A program made the position numbers and the translations under genes. This document shows positions 10,909 through 21,036 of a stretch of DNA of 60,150 bases, one piece after another. The notes below the pieces were generated by a model, which did no database searches, had not been told where the DNA came from, and was given only the letters and a program-made list of their open reading frames with translations. Position 1 is the first letter of the stretch; each line of letters starts with the position of its first letter. This DNA comes from Clostridia bacterium. GTDB taxonomy: Bacteria > Bacillota > Clostridia > TANB77 > CAG-465. The stretch spans positions 1 through 60,150 of the forward strand of contig JBJEXW010000011.1 in the NCBI GenBank assembly GCA_051886195.1. Reading direction: 5' to 3'.

Positions 10909-10918
10909 TTCTATATTT

Positions 10919-11599
10919 TTATATGCCTTCTAAAATTTTATATATCACATACTTAACAGTAGGCTTGTTAGTTATTTTAATATTAAAATAATTTTCCATA
11001 TCTTTTAAATTATATTTATAAATTTTGTTTAAAGAATAAATTATATTCCATTTAATTTGATTTACAGGTATATTTGTTTTCTTAGAAATATATGGATAAA
11101 CTTCGTTATTTAAATTACTTTTAATTTTTCCATTTATTTTTATATATTTAATTGCTTCAAGTAACAATATATCTCCCTTATTTTTCATTTCAAATCCAAT
11201 ATTTGTCATCTTATTATATATTTTTTTCTCAATTATCTCTTCTTTTTCTTCAATATAATTAATTTCAATTAATTTCTTTAAAAAGAGCATTTGTATATTA
11301 TCATTTTCATTCAAAATGTATAAATTGTCATATTTTTTATAATTGTTATTATTATAATTTATAAGAACAATTATAGTGTACTTATTTGTACTATCTAATA
11401 ATTCTATTATATCATTTACCTCTTTGTTAGTCAATTTAGATTCAATAATCATAATATCTACAATATTACTATATATCTTTCTTTGCATATTCTTATACGA
11501 AGTAATCAAGTTAATTTTACTTAACTCCTCTTCATTAATAAAATCAATAATTTTCTTTACAAAATTTATTTTTTTACTCATAATTAAAAAATTTTTCAT
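10919..11599 (-). CDS. Spo0A C-terminal-domain regulator (divergent paralog with degenerate receiver domain)
   Basis: KGDILLLEAI, EVYPYISKK, KPTVKYVI resemble the Spo0A_C fold; receiver segment reads DIMIIES. Confidence 0.75.
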   Translation of the reverse strand: MKNFLIMSKKINFVKKIIDFINEEELSKINLITSYKNMQRKIYSNIVDIMIIESKLTNKEVNDIIELLDSTNKYTIIVLINYNNNNYKKYDNLYILNENDNIQMLFLKKLIEINYIEEKEEIIEKKIYNKMTNIGFEMKNKGDILLLEAIKYIKINGKIKSNLNNEVYPYISKKTNIPVNQIKWNIIYSLNKIYKYNLKDMENYFNIKITNKPTVKYVIYKILEGI

Positions 11600-11679
11600 A
11601 ATATCACCTTTTATAAATAAAATGCCTTTATTATATAGACGTAAAAATTTATTAAATAGTCACAAAAAAATAAAGGAAT

Positions 11680-12517
11680 TTATAATTCCTTTATTTTTTC
11701 TTCTACTTCTCTTAGATTATTAAAGCCAAGTTTTTTAAATCTTTCAGATATTTTATTTCTATTACACAACAAATATTCTCTAACGATGTGCCATGTATTG
11801 AAATAACAATTTTTTAGATAATATTTAACTTGCTTTAATTGTTTTTCCTGTTCTAAATTAAGCTCAAGCGTAAAAGGCTTTTTTTCTATATTTTCATATA
11901 AAAGTTGTGCAACAATATATGCTAAAATTTCATTTAAAACTGGATACTTTCTTTTATTTGTTAAAAATATCTTTTCGTCTCTTACATATACATCTTTACT
12001 ATTTAATCCATAGTAGAAGCTTACTCTAAATCCTTCCTTCTTTAGATTTATTTTTTTACTCTTATCTCGTGCAATACCTTTAACTAAATTATAATATAAC
12101 TGCATTATATATTCATCTTTAGGTAATCTAGGCAAATTCATATTAGGAAAAATCTCATATACATTATTTGCATAATATATTGGTTCATGAAATTTAAGTT
12201 TTATTTTATTATTTGCACTCACTCTTGTTTTTCCAGCAGTAAAAAAATACGTATCTAAATTATTTTCTATCTCCTTTGTATTTTCATCATAAAAATATAT
12301 ATTTATACTTCTAGCGTTTTGCTCAAGTTTTTCGATTTCTTTATTTTTAAATTCTGCTCCGATATTTCAAATAATTTAGAATATTCTCATATTTTAATTT
12401 AATTTCTCTTTGAGTATATTCAAGTGGTGCATCAAGTAATTGTGTTTTATGGAACAACTTATTCCACATCCTTCTAAAAAAGTTAGGTTTTTCTTTGTTA
12501 TTATAACTATTAGTCAT
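11680..12517 (-). CDS. Hypothetical protein split by a +1 frame break at about 12361 (recoded gene or pseudogene)
   Basis: AGGAGG SD and ATG 12517 open a 56-codon ORF ending at TAA 12347-12349; the +1 frame is open from 12366 to 11680; joined product about 278 aa. Confidence 0.6.
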
Positions 12518-12683
12518 AGTTATACACCTCCTATTAAATTATTATTTTTTTAGTAATATTAATCTTTTAACGTGATATATTATATCACACTTTTATTTTT
12601 ATGTAAAGTTTTCTTGCCAGTATAGTTCTATAATTATGCATATCTTATTTATTATTTTAATATAATCTTATTGAGGTGATTTT

Positions 12684-13667
12684 ATGATAAATGTTGCAAT
12701 TGTTGGTGCAACTGGAGTTGTTGGTGAAATGTTCCTAAAAGTACTTGAAGAAAAAAAATTAAACATAGATAAGTACACCCTATTTGCTTCTAAAAGATCT
12801 GCTGGAAAAAAAGTTAAGTTTATGCAAAAAGATTATATAGTAAAGGAATTGACTCAAGATAGTTTTAAAGAAGAAAAATTTGACTATGCATTATTTTCTG
12901 CAGGAGCTTCAACATCTGAAAAATATGCTAAGATTGCTGCCCAAAGTGGATGTATCGTAATAGATAATAGTTCATATTTTAGAATGGATAAAACTGTTCC
13001 CCTAATTGTTCCTCAAGTCAATATGGAAGATGCATACGATAACTTTAATATAATTGCTAATCCAAATTGCTCTACAATTCAGGCAGTTCTTCCTCTTAAA
13101 GTGCTTGACGATAAATATAAATTAAAAAGAGTTATTTATTCTACATATCAAGCTGTATCTGGTGCAGGAAAAAAAGGTATTGATGATTTATTATATAATA
13201 AAACCGAAAAATTTCCTTATCCAATTGTAAATAACTGCCTTCCTCAAATTGATGTATTTACAGAAAATGGTTATACAAAAGAAGAAATAAAGATGATTGA
13301 AGAAACAAGAAAAATCTTAAAAAAGCCAAAATTACCAATTACAGCTACATGTATTAGAGTACCAACTCTTAATTGCCATTGCGAAAGTATAAATGTAGAA
13401 CTTGAATATAATTTTAAAATTGATGATATAAGAAAAGACTTAAACAATCATGATGGAATAATTGTACTTGATGATCCGGATAGGCAAATATATCCAATTA
13501 ATACTTTTGTTTCAGGAACTGATGAAGTCTATATTGGAAGAATTAGAAAAGATTACTCAGTAGATAATGGTATCAATTTTTGGTGCGTAGCAGATAATAT
13601 TAGAAAAGGTGCAGCATCAAATGCAGTTGAGATCCTTGAAAATTTACTAAAAAAAGACTTGGAATAA
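12684..13667 (+). CDS. asd: Aspartate-semialdehyde dehydrogenase
   Basis: VGATGVVG, IDNSSYFRM, ANPNCSTIQ, STYQAVSGAG, DNIRKGAASNA. Confidence 0.97.
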   Translation: MINVAIVGATGVVGEMFLKVLEEKKLNIDKYTLFASKRSAGKKVKFMQKDYIVKELTQDSFKEEKFDYALFSAGASTSEKYAKIAAQSGCIVIDNSSYFRMDKTVPLIVPQVNMEDAYDNFNIIANPNCSTIQAVLPLKVLDDKYKLKRVIYSTYQAVSGAGKKGIDDLLYNKTEKFPYPIVNNCLPQIDVFTENGYTKEEIKMIEETRKILKKPKLPITATCIRVPTLNCHCESINVELEYNFKIDDIRKDLNNHDGIIVLDDPDRQIYPINTFVSGTDEVYIGRIRKDYSVDNGINFWCVADNIRKGAASNAVEILENLLKKDLE

Positions 13668-13684
13668 AATTTCCAAGTCTTTTT
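13651..13684. terminator. Bidirectional terminator overlapping the asd stop codon
   Basis: AAAAAGACTTGGAA-n6-TTCCAAGTCTTTTT. Confidence 0.8.
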
Positions 13685-13703
13685 CTGCTTTGGTAAGTGG
13701 CTG

Positions 13704-15611
13704 TTATCTTCCGCCACCGCCACCACCTCCGCCGCCTCCTCCGCCTCCGCCAGAGAATCCGCCTCCAGAGCCTGAGCCAGAAGAAGTTGCTGATGATATA
13801 CTTGAACTTATAGCATTAGAAAAACTACTGCTAAAGTTTGTATGTGTAGCAATATACATTGTTGAATATCCATACGTATTGAAATATACATCATCATTTA
13901 ATTCTGGATATACAATCTTTAATTGTTTTATTACTTTATCTGCAATTCCAAATGCTGTTGCAAATACTAAATAATGTTCCCAAAGAATAATTGATGGTAA
14001 ATCTTTTTTATCCATTTGAGAGAAGTCATTCATAAACTTCTTTAACGCTTCCCACTTGTCTATTTCATCTACTCCTTTTTGAGTATGAACATTTAATTTA
14101 GAAACAGCAATAGATGAAGTTATCCATCCAATAACAGAAAGAATAAAATATGTAACTATAACTCCAATTAGTATAGGAGTAAATTTCACTATTTCACTTG
14201 CAAGCATAAATATTAGTGCAAACATCATAAGAACAGGAAATACAGATTCTACAGTTATGATTTTATCTCTTATTCCTATATCTTTTTTATTAATATAATC
14301 ATTATTCTTTAAGAATGTTGTCTCAACTTTTTTTACTTTATCTATCAATGTACTTACAGAAGTAGCATGACTTTGAATAAATGATTGTAATTCTTTAATT
14401 GTAATCGAAGTTGTTTTCTTACTCTCCATTGCTCTTTTAATAAAAGATAAAATTAATTCTTCATCTTCTTTTAAAGATACGTCTGGTTGTTCACTTTTTA
14501 ATATAATGTGAATTATTTCTTTTCCTTTTTCATCTTTTTCTATTTCAAATCCTATAAATTTTTTTAAGTTTAAATCCATTAAAGTAGCTGAAAATACATT
14601 TCCAAAGTTTAAATTGGCAATTGTAGTAGATTTATTTATTAAAGTTTCAGCTTCTGCAGGAGTTGCATCTTCTCTTGGTAACTCTCTAAAATAATCATAA
14701 TCTACAATAGGCAATATTTTCTTATCTGCTTTTTTTATAGCTTTAAATGGTGTTATAATTTGTATTCCGGCTAATGTAACTGCAATCATTCCTAAAGCTA
14801 TAGTAATGATGTTATTTAGCCTTTGAGCTCTTTCACGTCTTTCATTTGCTTCATTTGCCCAAGCAGTTTCTTCTTCTATTATGTCGTTAAGTACATTTTT
14901 CTTATCTATTCTTGAAGCGCTCATAATTACTTCTTTAGGAAAAGCTGCTCTAATTTCAATAAAATTATCTGCTGGTATGTTTTGAAGAGTTAATTCAATT
15001 GTTCCTTTACTTGTTGGATATATTATTCCATTTAGACTCTCAGTATGTCCCCATACTTTTATATCTTCTTTTTTTAAATCTCCAGGAAAATAAATTACTC
15101 CTTCATAGTTTTCAATTGGTATTTCAAAATCATCACCTATAAATTGCCAATATAATTCTGCACAATCATTATGAACAGAAACAGCATCATTTACTGTATA
15201 TCTTATTTCATATTCTCTTGTCCCATATGATGTATCCATTCCAATTCCCCATGCAATTTCATACTTATAACTACTTACATCTAAAGCATAAAAACAATTC
15301 TTAGTAACATGGTACATTTCCTGATTAATTTGAGTAAATGTTCTATTATTTGTTAAATCTTTGACACTTACATTGTCAATAGAAGAATACTTACTTTTAT
15401 CTATATCAAAGCTCTTAAATAAAGTATTAGTGTCTTCTATTTCTATTTTCCACTTTTCTATTACATCCATACTTGCATCTTCATTTACTTGTACTGTCAA
15501 ATTTAAATCTTTTATTTTTAAATTTCCAGCATATACATTATTAGAATATATTAAAGATATCCCAATAAAAAATACAAGTAATAATGTAAAATACTTAACC
15601 TTCTTTTTCAT
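13704..15611 (-). CDS. DUF2207 family membrane protein
   Basis: Signal peptide, AELYWQFIG, LWEHYLVFATAFG, Ser/Gly-rich tail GGGFSGGGGGGGGGGGGGGR. Confidence 0.88.
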   Translation of the reverse strand: MKKKVKYFTLLLVFFIGISLIYSNNVYAGNLKIKDLNLTVQVNEDASMDVIEKWKIEIEDTNTLFKSFDIDKSKYSSIDNVSVKDLTNNRTFTQINQEMYHVTKNCFYALDVSSYKYEIAWGIGMDTSYGTREYEIRYTVNDAVSVHNDCAELYWQFIGDDFEIPIENYEGVIYFPGDLKKEDIKVWGHTESLNGIIYPTSKGTIELTLQNIPADNFIEIRAAFPKEVIMSASRIDKKNVLNDIIEEETAWANEANERRERAQRLNNIITIALGMIAVTLAGIQIITPFKAIKKADKKILPIVDYDYFRELPREDATPAEAETLINKSTTIANLNFGNVFSATLMDLNLKKFIGFEIEKDEKGKEIIHIILKSEQPDVSLKEDEELILSFIKRAMESKKTTSITIKELQSFIQSHATSVSTLIDKVKKVETTFLKNNDYINKKDIGIRDKIITVESVFPVLMMFALIFMLASEIVKFTPILIGVIVTYFILSVIGWITSSIAVSKLNVHTQKGVDEIDKWEALKKFMNDFSQMDKKDLPSIILWEHYLVFATAFGIADKVIKQLKIVYPELNDDVYFNTYGYSTMYIATHTNFSSSFSNAISSSISSATSSGSGSGGGFSGGGGGGGGGGGGGGR

Positions 15612-15659
15612 ATATACCTCCTATAACTATTATAATATATATTTTTAAAAAAATATACA

Positions 15660-18059
15660 TTATATTATAACTTCTCCTGTAGCACCATTAATTATAACAC
15701 TCTCTCCAGTTCTAACTATATTTGTAATATCTTTAATGCCAACAATACATGGTATTCTGTTTTCTCTAGCGTTAATTGCAAAGTGGCATAACATACCACC
15801 AAATTCTGTTACTATTCCTGAAACTTGAGATAAATTTATATTTTTAAATAATTCACTATCAACATATTTGGTAATTATTATATCTGATCTTTTAAAGCTT
15901 TTTAAATCCTCTTTAGAATTGACAACACAAGCTCTTGCACTTACTTTTCCGAAGCTTGCACCAATACCTTTTAAACTTTTTCTATAATCCATTTGTATAT
16001 GCTGTTTCAAACATGGAAATATATCACTTTGTGGAATATAGTTTCTAAATGAATTATAGTATATTTTATTTTTATTTGCTTCATTTTTAATCTTTTGTTT
16101 ATCCATGCTTAAAATATCTGAATATTCTAAATAAAATATATCTTCTTCATTATCTAAAATATATTTTTCTTTATATACTTTTCCTAGTTCAAGTAAGCTC
16201 TTTCTTAATTGTGCTCTACAAATTAGTGTCAAATCTTTTAAAGCATATTCTTTCTTTATTAATTCTCTAACAAATTCAATATGCTTTAGACTTGATTTAT
16301 ACTGATTAGGCTTTAATTTTTCCTCAAGTTTTTTTAACGATAATTCATAATCTTTATTTTCTTCTTTTAACAATTGTAGTGGATCATACTTATCATCTGT
16401 ATCTAATATGTCTCTATACATTCTTATTACTTTTAAAACTTCTTCTTCAAATGTTTTATATATAATGTCTGACTCGTTAAAAGAATGGTATCCAAATAGT
16501 TCTATAAAATCTGTTAGAAAATCTTTTATATTTTCATTATTTCTATCTTTTCTGTAAAAATAGTATATTTCAGCATCTAAGTTATTTTCAAAAAATTTAA
16601 GTCTATTATTGTTTCTTCTTATTTTTCTAGAAGTGTCCCACATATGTAAATATGGTGCATTTTCATATTTATTATCTATTCCTAGTACTAAACTTTCTAT
16701 TTCTGTTCTACTTAAAATTTTATTAAATTGCTGATTTAAATTTATTCTAAATACAGAATTAACAAACTGTTGATATAAGTATTTATAATTTACTTCTATA
16801 TATAAGTCCAAGTATTCTTTTACTTTTACACTTAATTCATCTTTAGAAGAAATGTTTTTTAATTCTTCAAGTTTATCATTTCTATATTCTTCTATATCAA
16901 TTACCTGCTTTTTTAATTTTTCAATTCCATTTTTCTTTGAAAAAATCCATATTTTTTTATCCTTATCTTGTAAGTTTTGTACGCCATTATCTAAATAATC
17001 TATTCTGACTTTTAAATATTCATCTAAATATCTCTCTACGTATCCTGGAACATCTTGTAATATATTCTTTAGAAAAGATAAATTCCAGTAAAATCTTGAA
17101 AATCTTGAAAATACAACAGGTTTTAAAACATCATTATCCGAAATATTTTTCAGATTTTTCGCAAAATCTATCTCTGATCTTGTATAAATATCTTTACCTA
17201 TAGAAAGTATAAATGGAGATAATATATCTAGCTCACTTTTATTAGTGTTGCTATATCTGTAATATATGTCCTTATATTCTACCTTAGTAATAGGTCTAAT
17301 TTGAAATATATATAATTTTGAATCATAAACTCCAAATTCTAAATCTATAGGAAAGCCAAGTTCTTGTTGCAATGTAAGAGATATATTTACAATCCTTCTT
17401 ATTGATGTTTCTCCAAGCAGATTAATTTTTGGCTCTTCTATATACTCTTGACTTTTCCAATCATAAACTATTCTTTCTGGTATTGTTTTCCCACTTACAA
17501 CTTCTCCAGCTCCTCTTGAAAATTCTATTACAACTTGAGTATCTTTTCCATTTGTAGGGTTAACTGTAAATAATATTCCACTTACATTACTTTCTATCAT
17601 TTCTTGAACTATTACGTTCATTTCTACTTTATTTATATCTATTTGATTTTTTTTATAATATATTAAATTTTCTTCACTATATAAAGATAAAAAACAACTT
17701 TTTATTTTATCCTTTAATCCTTCTTTATCATATGCAACATTTAAAAAAGTATTATATCTTCCAGCTAAGCTATAATTCATTTCATCTTCAATGTTTGCAC
17801 TACTTCTTACAGCAAGCATCTTATCTTTAGGTATTACATTGAAAACTTCATCTATTATTCTGTCTGGAACCTGTAATTTTTCTATTGTATCAAAATTCAA
17901 ATTTTGATCTTTAACCATATTCTTAAATTCTTCAAAATCGATTACAATTCCCAAAGGAACATTATACCCTTTGGCCTTTAGCATTGACAAAAACATCGCT
18001 TTATTGCCACAGTTATCTATTAATTTATCTCCAAGCTTATACATATTTATCATCCCCAT
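15660..18059 (-). CDS. PEP/pyruvate-binding plus PEP-utilizer mobile domain protein (rifampin-phosphotransferase-like architecture)
   Basis: GNKA, AVRSSANIED, AGRYNTFLNV, VIVQEM, FQIRPIT; C-terminal TEFGGMLCHFAINARE..IP; true start may be a few codons downstream. Confidence 0.85.
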   Translation of the reverse strand: MGMINMYKLGDKLIDNCGNKAMFLSMLKAKGYNVPLGIVIDFEEFKNMVKDQNLNFDTIEKLQVPDRIIDEVFNVIPKDKMLAVRSSANIEDEMNYSLAGRYNTFLNVAYDKEGLKDKIKSCFLSLYSEENLIYYKKNQIDINKVEMNVIVQEMIESNVSGILFTVNPTNGKDTQVVIEFSRGAGEVVSGKTIPERIVYDWKSQEYIEEPKINLLGETSIRRIVNISLTLQQELGFPIDLEFGVYDSKLYIFQIRPITKVEYKDIYYRYSNTNKSELDILSPFILSIGKDIYTRSEIDFAKNLKNISDNDVLKPVVFSRFSRFYWNLSFLKNILQDVPGYVERYLDEYLKVRIDYLDNGVQNLQDKDKKIWIFSKKNGIEKLKKQVIDIEEYRNDKLEELKNISSKDELSVKVKEYLDLYIEVNYKYLYQQFVNSVFRINLNQQFNKILSRTEIESLVLGIDNKYENAPYLHMWDTSRKIRRNNNRLKFFENNLDAEIYYFYRKDRNNENIKDFLTDFIELFGYHSFNESDIIYKTFEEEVLKVIRMYRDILDTDDKYDPLQLLKEENKDYELSLKKLEEKLKPNQYKSSLKHIEFVRELIKKEYALKDLTLICRAQLRKSLLELGKVYKEKYILDNEEDIFYLEYSDILSMDKQKIKNEANKNKIYYNSFRNYIPQSDIFPCLKQHIQMDYRKSLKGIGASFGKVSARACVVNSKEDLKSFKRSDIIITKYVDSELFKNINLSQVSGIVTEFGGMLCHFAINARENRIPCIVGIKDITNIVRTGESVIINGATGEVII

Positions 18060-18160
18060 TTTCCGCTTACGATTTTTAAAGAATATTTTTTTCTTTATTC
18101 TATCACATTATTGCTTTAATAACAAGAAATACAAAAAAATATAAGGATGAAAAATCATCC

Positions 18161-18766
18161 TTATATTGCATATTGTTCATTTTCTCTAATTTGATGTGGA
18201 ATATGTATTCCTTTTTGCTTATATTTTTCTATACGATTTTCTACAAAGCCTTGTGCACAGTCATTTACTACCCCAAATGGTTGATTAGAACTATATGCGC
18301 TCATTTGATATATTCTTCTATAAGCTACATCAATTCCATCTTGATCTTTCTGACTAATTGCTTTATATAATCTATTTAGTTCTCTATCAATTAAAGTTCT
18401 ATCCACAAAACTTTTTGCATATTTATTTATGTTTCTAGAATTATTATTGCCATTATTTATATATCCAGCCATATTCATAACTTCATTAGAAAGCATTTGA
18501 AGTCTTTGTGTATCATTTTGAGATTTTGCTTCTTCAACTTTCTTGTTATGTTCATCATATGATAACTTATCTAAAAAATCCTTTACATATGGATTATATA
18601 CATTTTCGTCATAGTTGTCTGTATATCCAGCCATTTCTCTTAATGTACTATTTCCTAAACATATTTTTGCAATATCTTCTTTTCCAACTGTGTCTTTAAT
18701 AACTTTAATTACAGCATTATATTCTCTTAATTTTTCTTCATTTATTACTACTTTTTGTTCTTTCAT
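18161..18766 (-). CDS. Hypothetical protein with three about 55-aa internal repeats
   Basis: AGGAGG SD; M(A/S)(G/A)Y...N..(V/A)..F(L/V)(D/E) at aa 45, 99 and 155. Confidence 0.7.
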   Translation of the reverse strand: MKEQKVVINEEKLREYNAVIKVIKDTVGKEDIAKICLGNSTLREMAGYTDNYDENVYNPYVKDFLDKLSYDEHNKKVEEAKSQNDTQRLQMLSNEVMNMAGYINNGNNNSRNINKYAKSFVDRTLIDRELNRLYKAISQKDQDGIDVAYRRIYQMSAYSSNQPFGVVNDCAQGFVENRIEKYKQKGIHIPHQIRENEQYAI

Positions 18767-18844
18767 TAAAACTACATCCTCCTAATATTTATTATAAAAA
18801 TCTAGTTATTTGTTAAAAACAGCACATTTTTAATTATATCACTT

Positions 18845-19969
18845 TTAAGAATCATTTGCAATAATTTTATTATTTTTTTGAACAATTTTGTTGTTTTTTA
18901 CCAATCTAAAAAAAGTTATTAAATTAGGTAACATCATTCCTATTAAAATTACATAAATAATGTATTTATCTAGTATACTAGTAAATGATATTCCATCTTT
19001 AAACCATAAAGAAGTAATAAAAAACAATATAATTGAAATTATAATTGAATAATATTTTTTTATACTTAAATTAGGTAGAAATTTTATCATAAAATTAAAT
19101 AGCAAACTTAATATAGAAAATGAATTGAAATAAAATTGAAGGGATAATACATTTTCTACTCTTTCTAACATATTAAACAAACTAAATTGCTTTAAAGCTG
19201 TATATTCTGGAAATCTAAAAGTACTTATATATTCTTTCCCCAGAATAAGAATAGTAATTAGAATTATTATAACTTGAAGTATATTAGTAAAAACAACCAT
19301 TTTAAATATTGTTGAACTGCATTTATTACTATCTTTTATTCGATTTTTTGATGTAATTAATAACATAGTAAATGGAACAATAGACAAAACAATATATAAT
19401 ATGGTTGATTCTAATAAATTTCTTCTAGTTGAATCAAGTATTGGCTCCAGGTTGCTTATATCAAATTTAGAATATAATCCTAATATATCTATAATAATTA
19501 ATATAATACTAGTAAATGCAAAAATTTGATTTGCTCTAATTATTTCTGGTAGACTTTTTGAACTTATATAGACAAGTGATACAAGTATTAATGCTTTTAA
19601 TAGCTTATCACTTCCTTCTGGTAAGTACTCAATGTTTAAAAAATTAGAAATATTATATAATATAAAACAAGAGATAATAAAAAATGATGTAAAAAGAAGT
19701 AAATTTAAAATCATTCCAATTTTTTTTCCAAATAAACTTTCATTTAGCTTATATATATTTTCCTTGTTATTTTTTGTAAATATATAGTTAAAAATATAAA
19801 ATAATCCAAGAGAAATTATTCCTCCTATAGTAGCCACTATGTAGGTATCATTTCCTGCCTTATCATACATTAAAAAAGATCCCATTCCTAAAAATAAAGA
19901 TAAAAAGGTTGATAAAAATATACAAGCTATACCAATACTATAAATATCCTTTGACTGTTTTTCTACCAT
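18845..19969 (-). CDS. GerAB-family spore germination membrane subunit
   Basis: About 10 TM, FNMLERVE motif, downstream of GerA A and C subunit genes. Confidence 0.85.
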   Translation of the reverse strand: MVEKQSKDIYSIGIACIFLSTFLSLFLGMGSFLMYDKAGNDTYIVATIGGIISLGLFYIFNYIFTKNNKENIYKLNESLFGKKIGMILNLLLFTSFFIISCFILYNISNFLNIEYLPEGSDKLLKALILVSLVYISSKSLPEIIRANQIFAFTSIILIIIDILGLYSKFDISNLEPILDSTRRNLLESTILYIVLSIVPFTMLLITSKNRIKDSNKCSSTIFKMVVFTNILQVIIILITILILGKEYISTFRFPEYTALKQFSLFNMLERVENVLSLQFYFNSFSILSLLFNFMIKFLPNLSIKKYYSIIISIILFFITSLWFKDGISFTSILDKYIIYVILIGMMLPNLITFFRLVKNNKIVQKNNKIIANDS

Positions 19970-21036
19970 ACCTTTTTAACTCCTCCTTGACTTAATATAT
20001 TAAAATCTACATTAACTTTTACTTTAATTTTTTCTAAATAATTTAAATCATTAAATAATTCACTTTTTTTTCTATATAATAGATTTCCTATACTAAGAAT
20101 GTCTGTTTTATATTCTTCTTTTATTTTGTCACAAAAAATTTCAATTTTAGTATTTAATTCTTCATTAAATTGTTTTTCAACTTCTTTTAATATTTCTTTA
20201 TCATTTAATTCAATATTTTTACCAGTTTCAGTGATATTGGCATTAATCTTTACATTTATATTTATACAGCTACTATCATATTTATCTATGGACATATTTG
20301 TTTTAGAATCAAATATTTCTGCAACTATTAAATCATCATCTTTGTTAATTGCTGTTATAAAATTGTCTGTATTATTCATTAACATATTATATAATAGGCT
20401 CTCTTGCGAAGTTAAAAATCCTTTCATTTCCCATTCATTAAAGTAAGCCATTTCACTTATTTTAAGTTTATCTCCTTCTATTTCAAATGAATTTGTACAT
20501 AATTGTGTCCCTTTTTCTATGATATCTTTAAAATTATCGTTTAATGTATTAATATTTGCACTTCCCTTATATTTTTGCGTTGATTTAAGAAATGCTATTA
20601 AATCAATTTCTTCATTATTAATAACACTTACTACTTCTTCTGCACTCTTATCTTTTGCCACAAATAAATAAAATGAATTACTTCCCTCGTTGTCCCTAAT
20701 AAAAAAATCTAATGTATTTTCAAATTTGCTTTTAGCTATTTCTTCAGATATTATCAAAGCCTCTAAATGTCCTAAATATAACTTTTTAGGAGATACTTCA
20801 ACCATATTTCTTGCAGCTTCTTGCACAGAATGACCTGTGGAATTATATATTTTTCCTGAATTCGTACTCTCTTTTTTGGAAGTATCTGCAACAATTGCTG
20901 TTATATATATTTCACCATTTTCTGTTAAATCTATTCCTATTGATTTTACAATAGCAAGATCAGTTAGCTCTCTTACACTACTTAATCCATTAAACATAAT
21001 TACTAATATTAAAAAAATTAAAATATATTTTTTCAT
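19963..21036 (-). CDS. Ger(x)C-family spore germination subunit
   Basis: RELTDLAIVKSIGID, KLYLGHL..LIISEEIAK, LDFFIRD. Confidence 0.88.
   Translation of the reverse strand: MKKYILIFLILVIMFNGLSSVRELTDLAIVKSIGIDLTENGEIYITAIVADTSKKESTNSGKIYNSTGHSVQEAARNMVEVSPKKLYLGHLEALIISEEIAKSKFENTLDFFIRDNEGSNSFYLFVAKDKSAEEVVSVINNEEIDLIAFLKSTQKYKGSANINTLNDNFKDIIEKGTQLCTNSFEIEGDKLKISEMAYFNEWEMKGFLTSQESLLYNMLMNNTDNFITAINKDDDLIVAEIFDSKTNMSIDKYDSSCININVKINANITETGKNIELNDKEILKEVEKQFNEELNTKIEIFCDKIKEEYKTDILSIGNLLYRKKSELFNDLNYLEKIKVKVNVDFNILSQGGVKKVW

Noticed and set aside
13690-13974. Poly-proline ORF on the + strand
   Set aside because: It is the antisense shadow of the GGC/GGA Gly-rich tail of the DUF2207 gene
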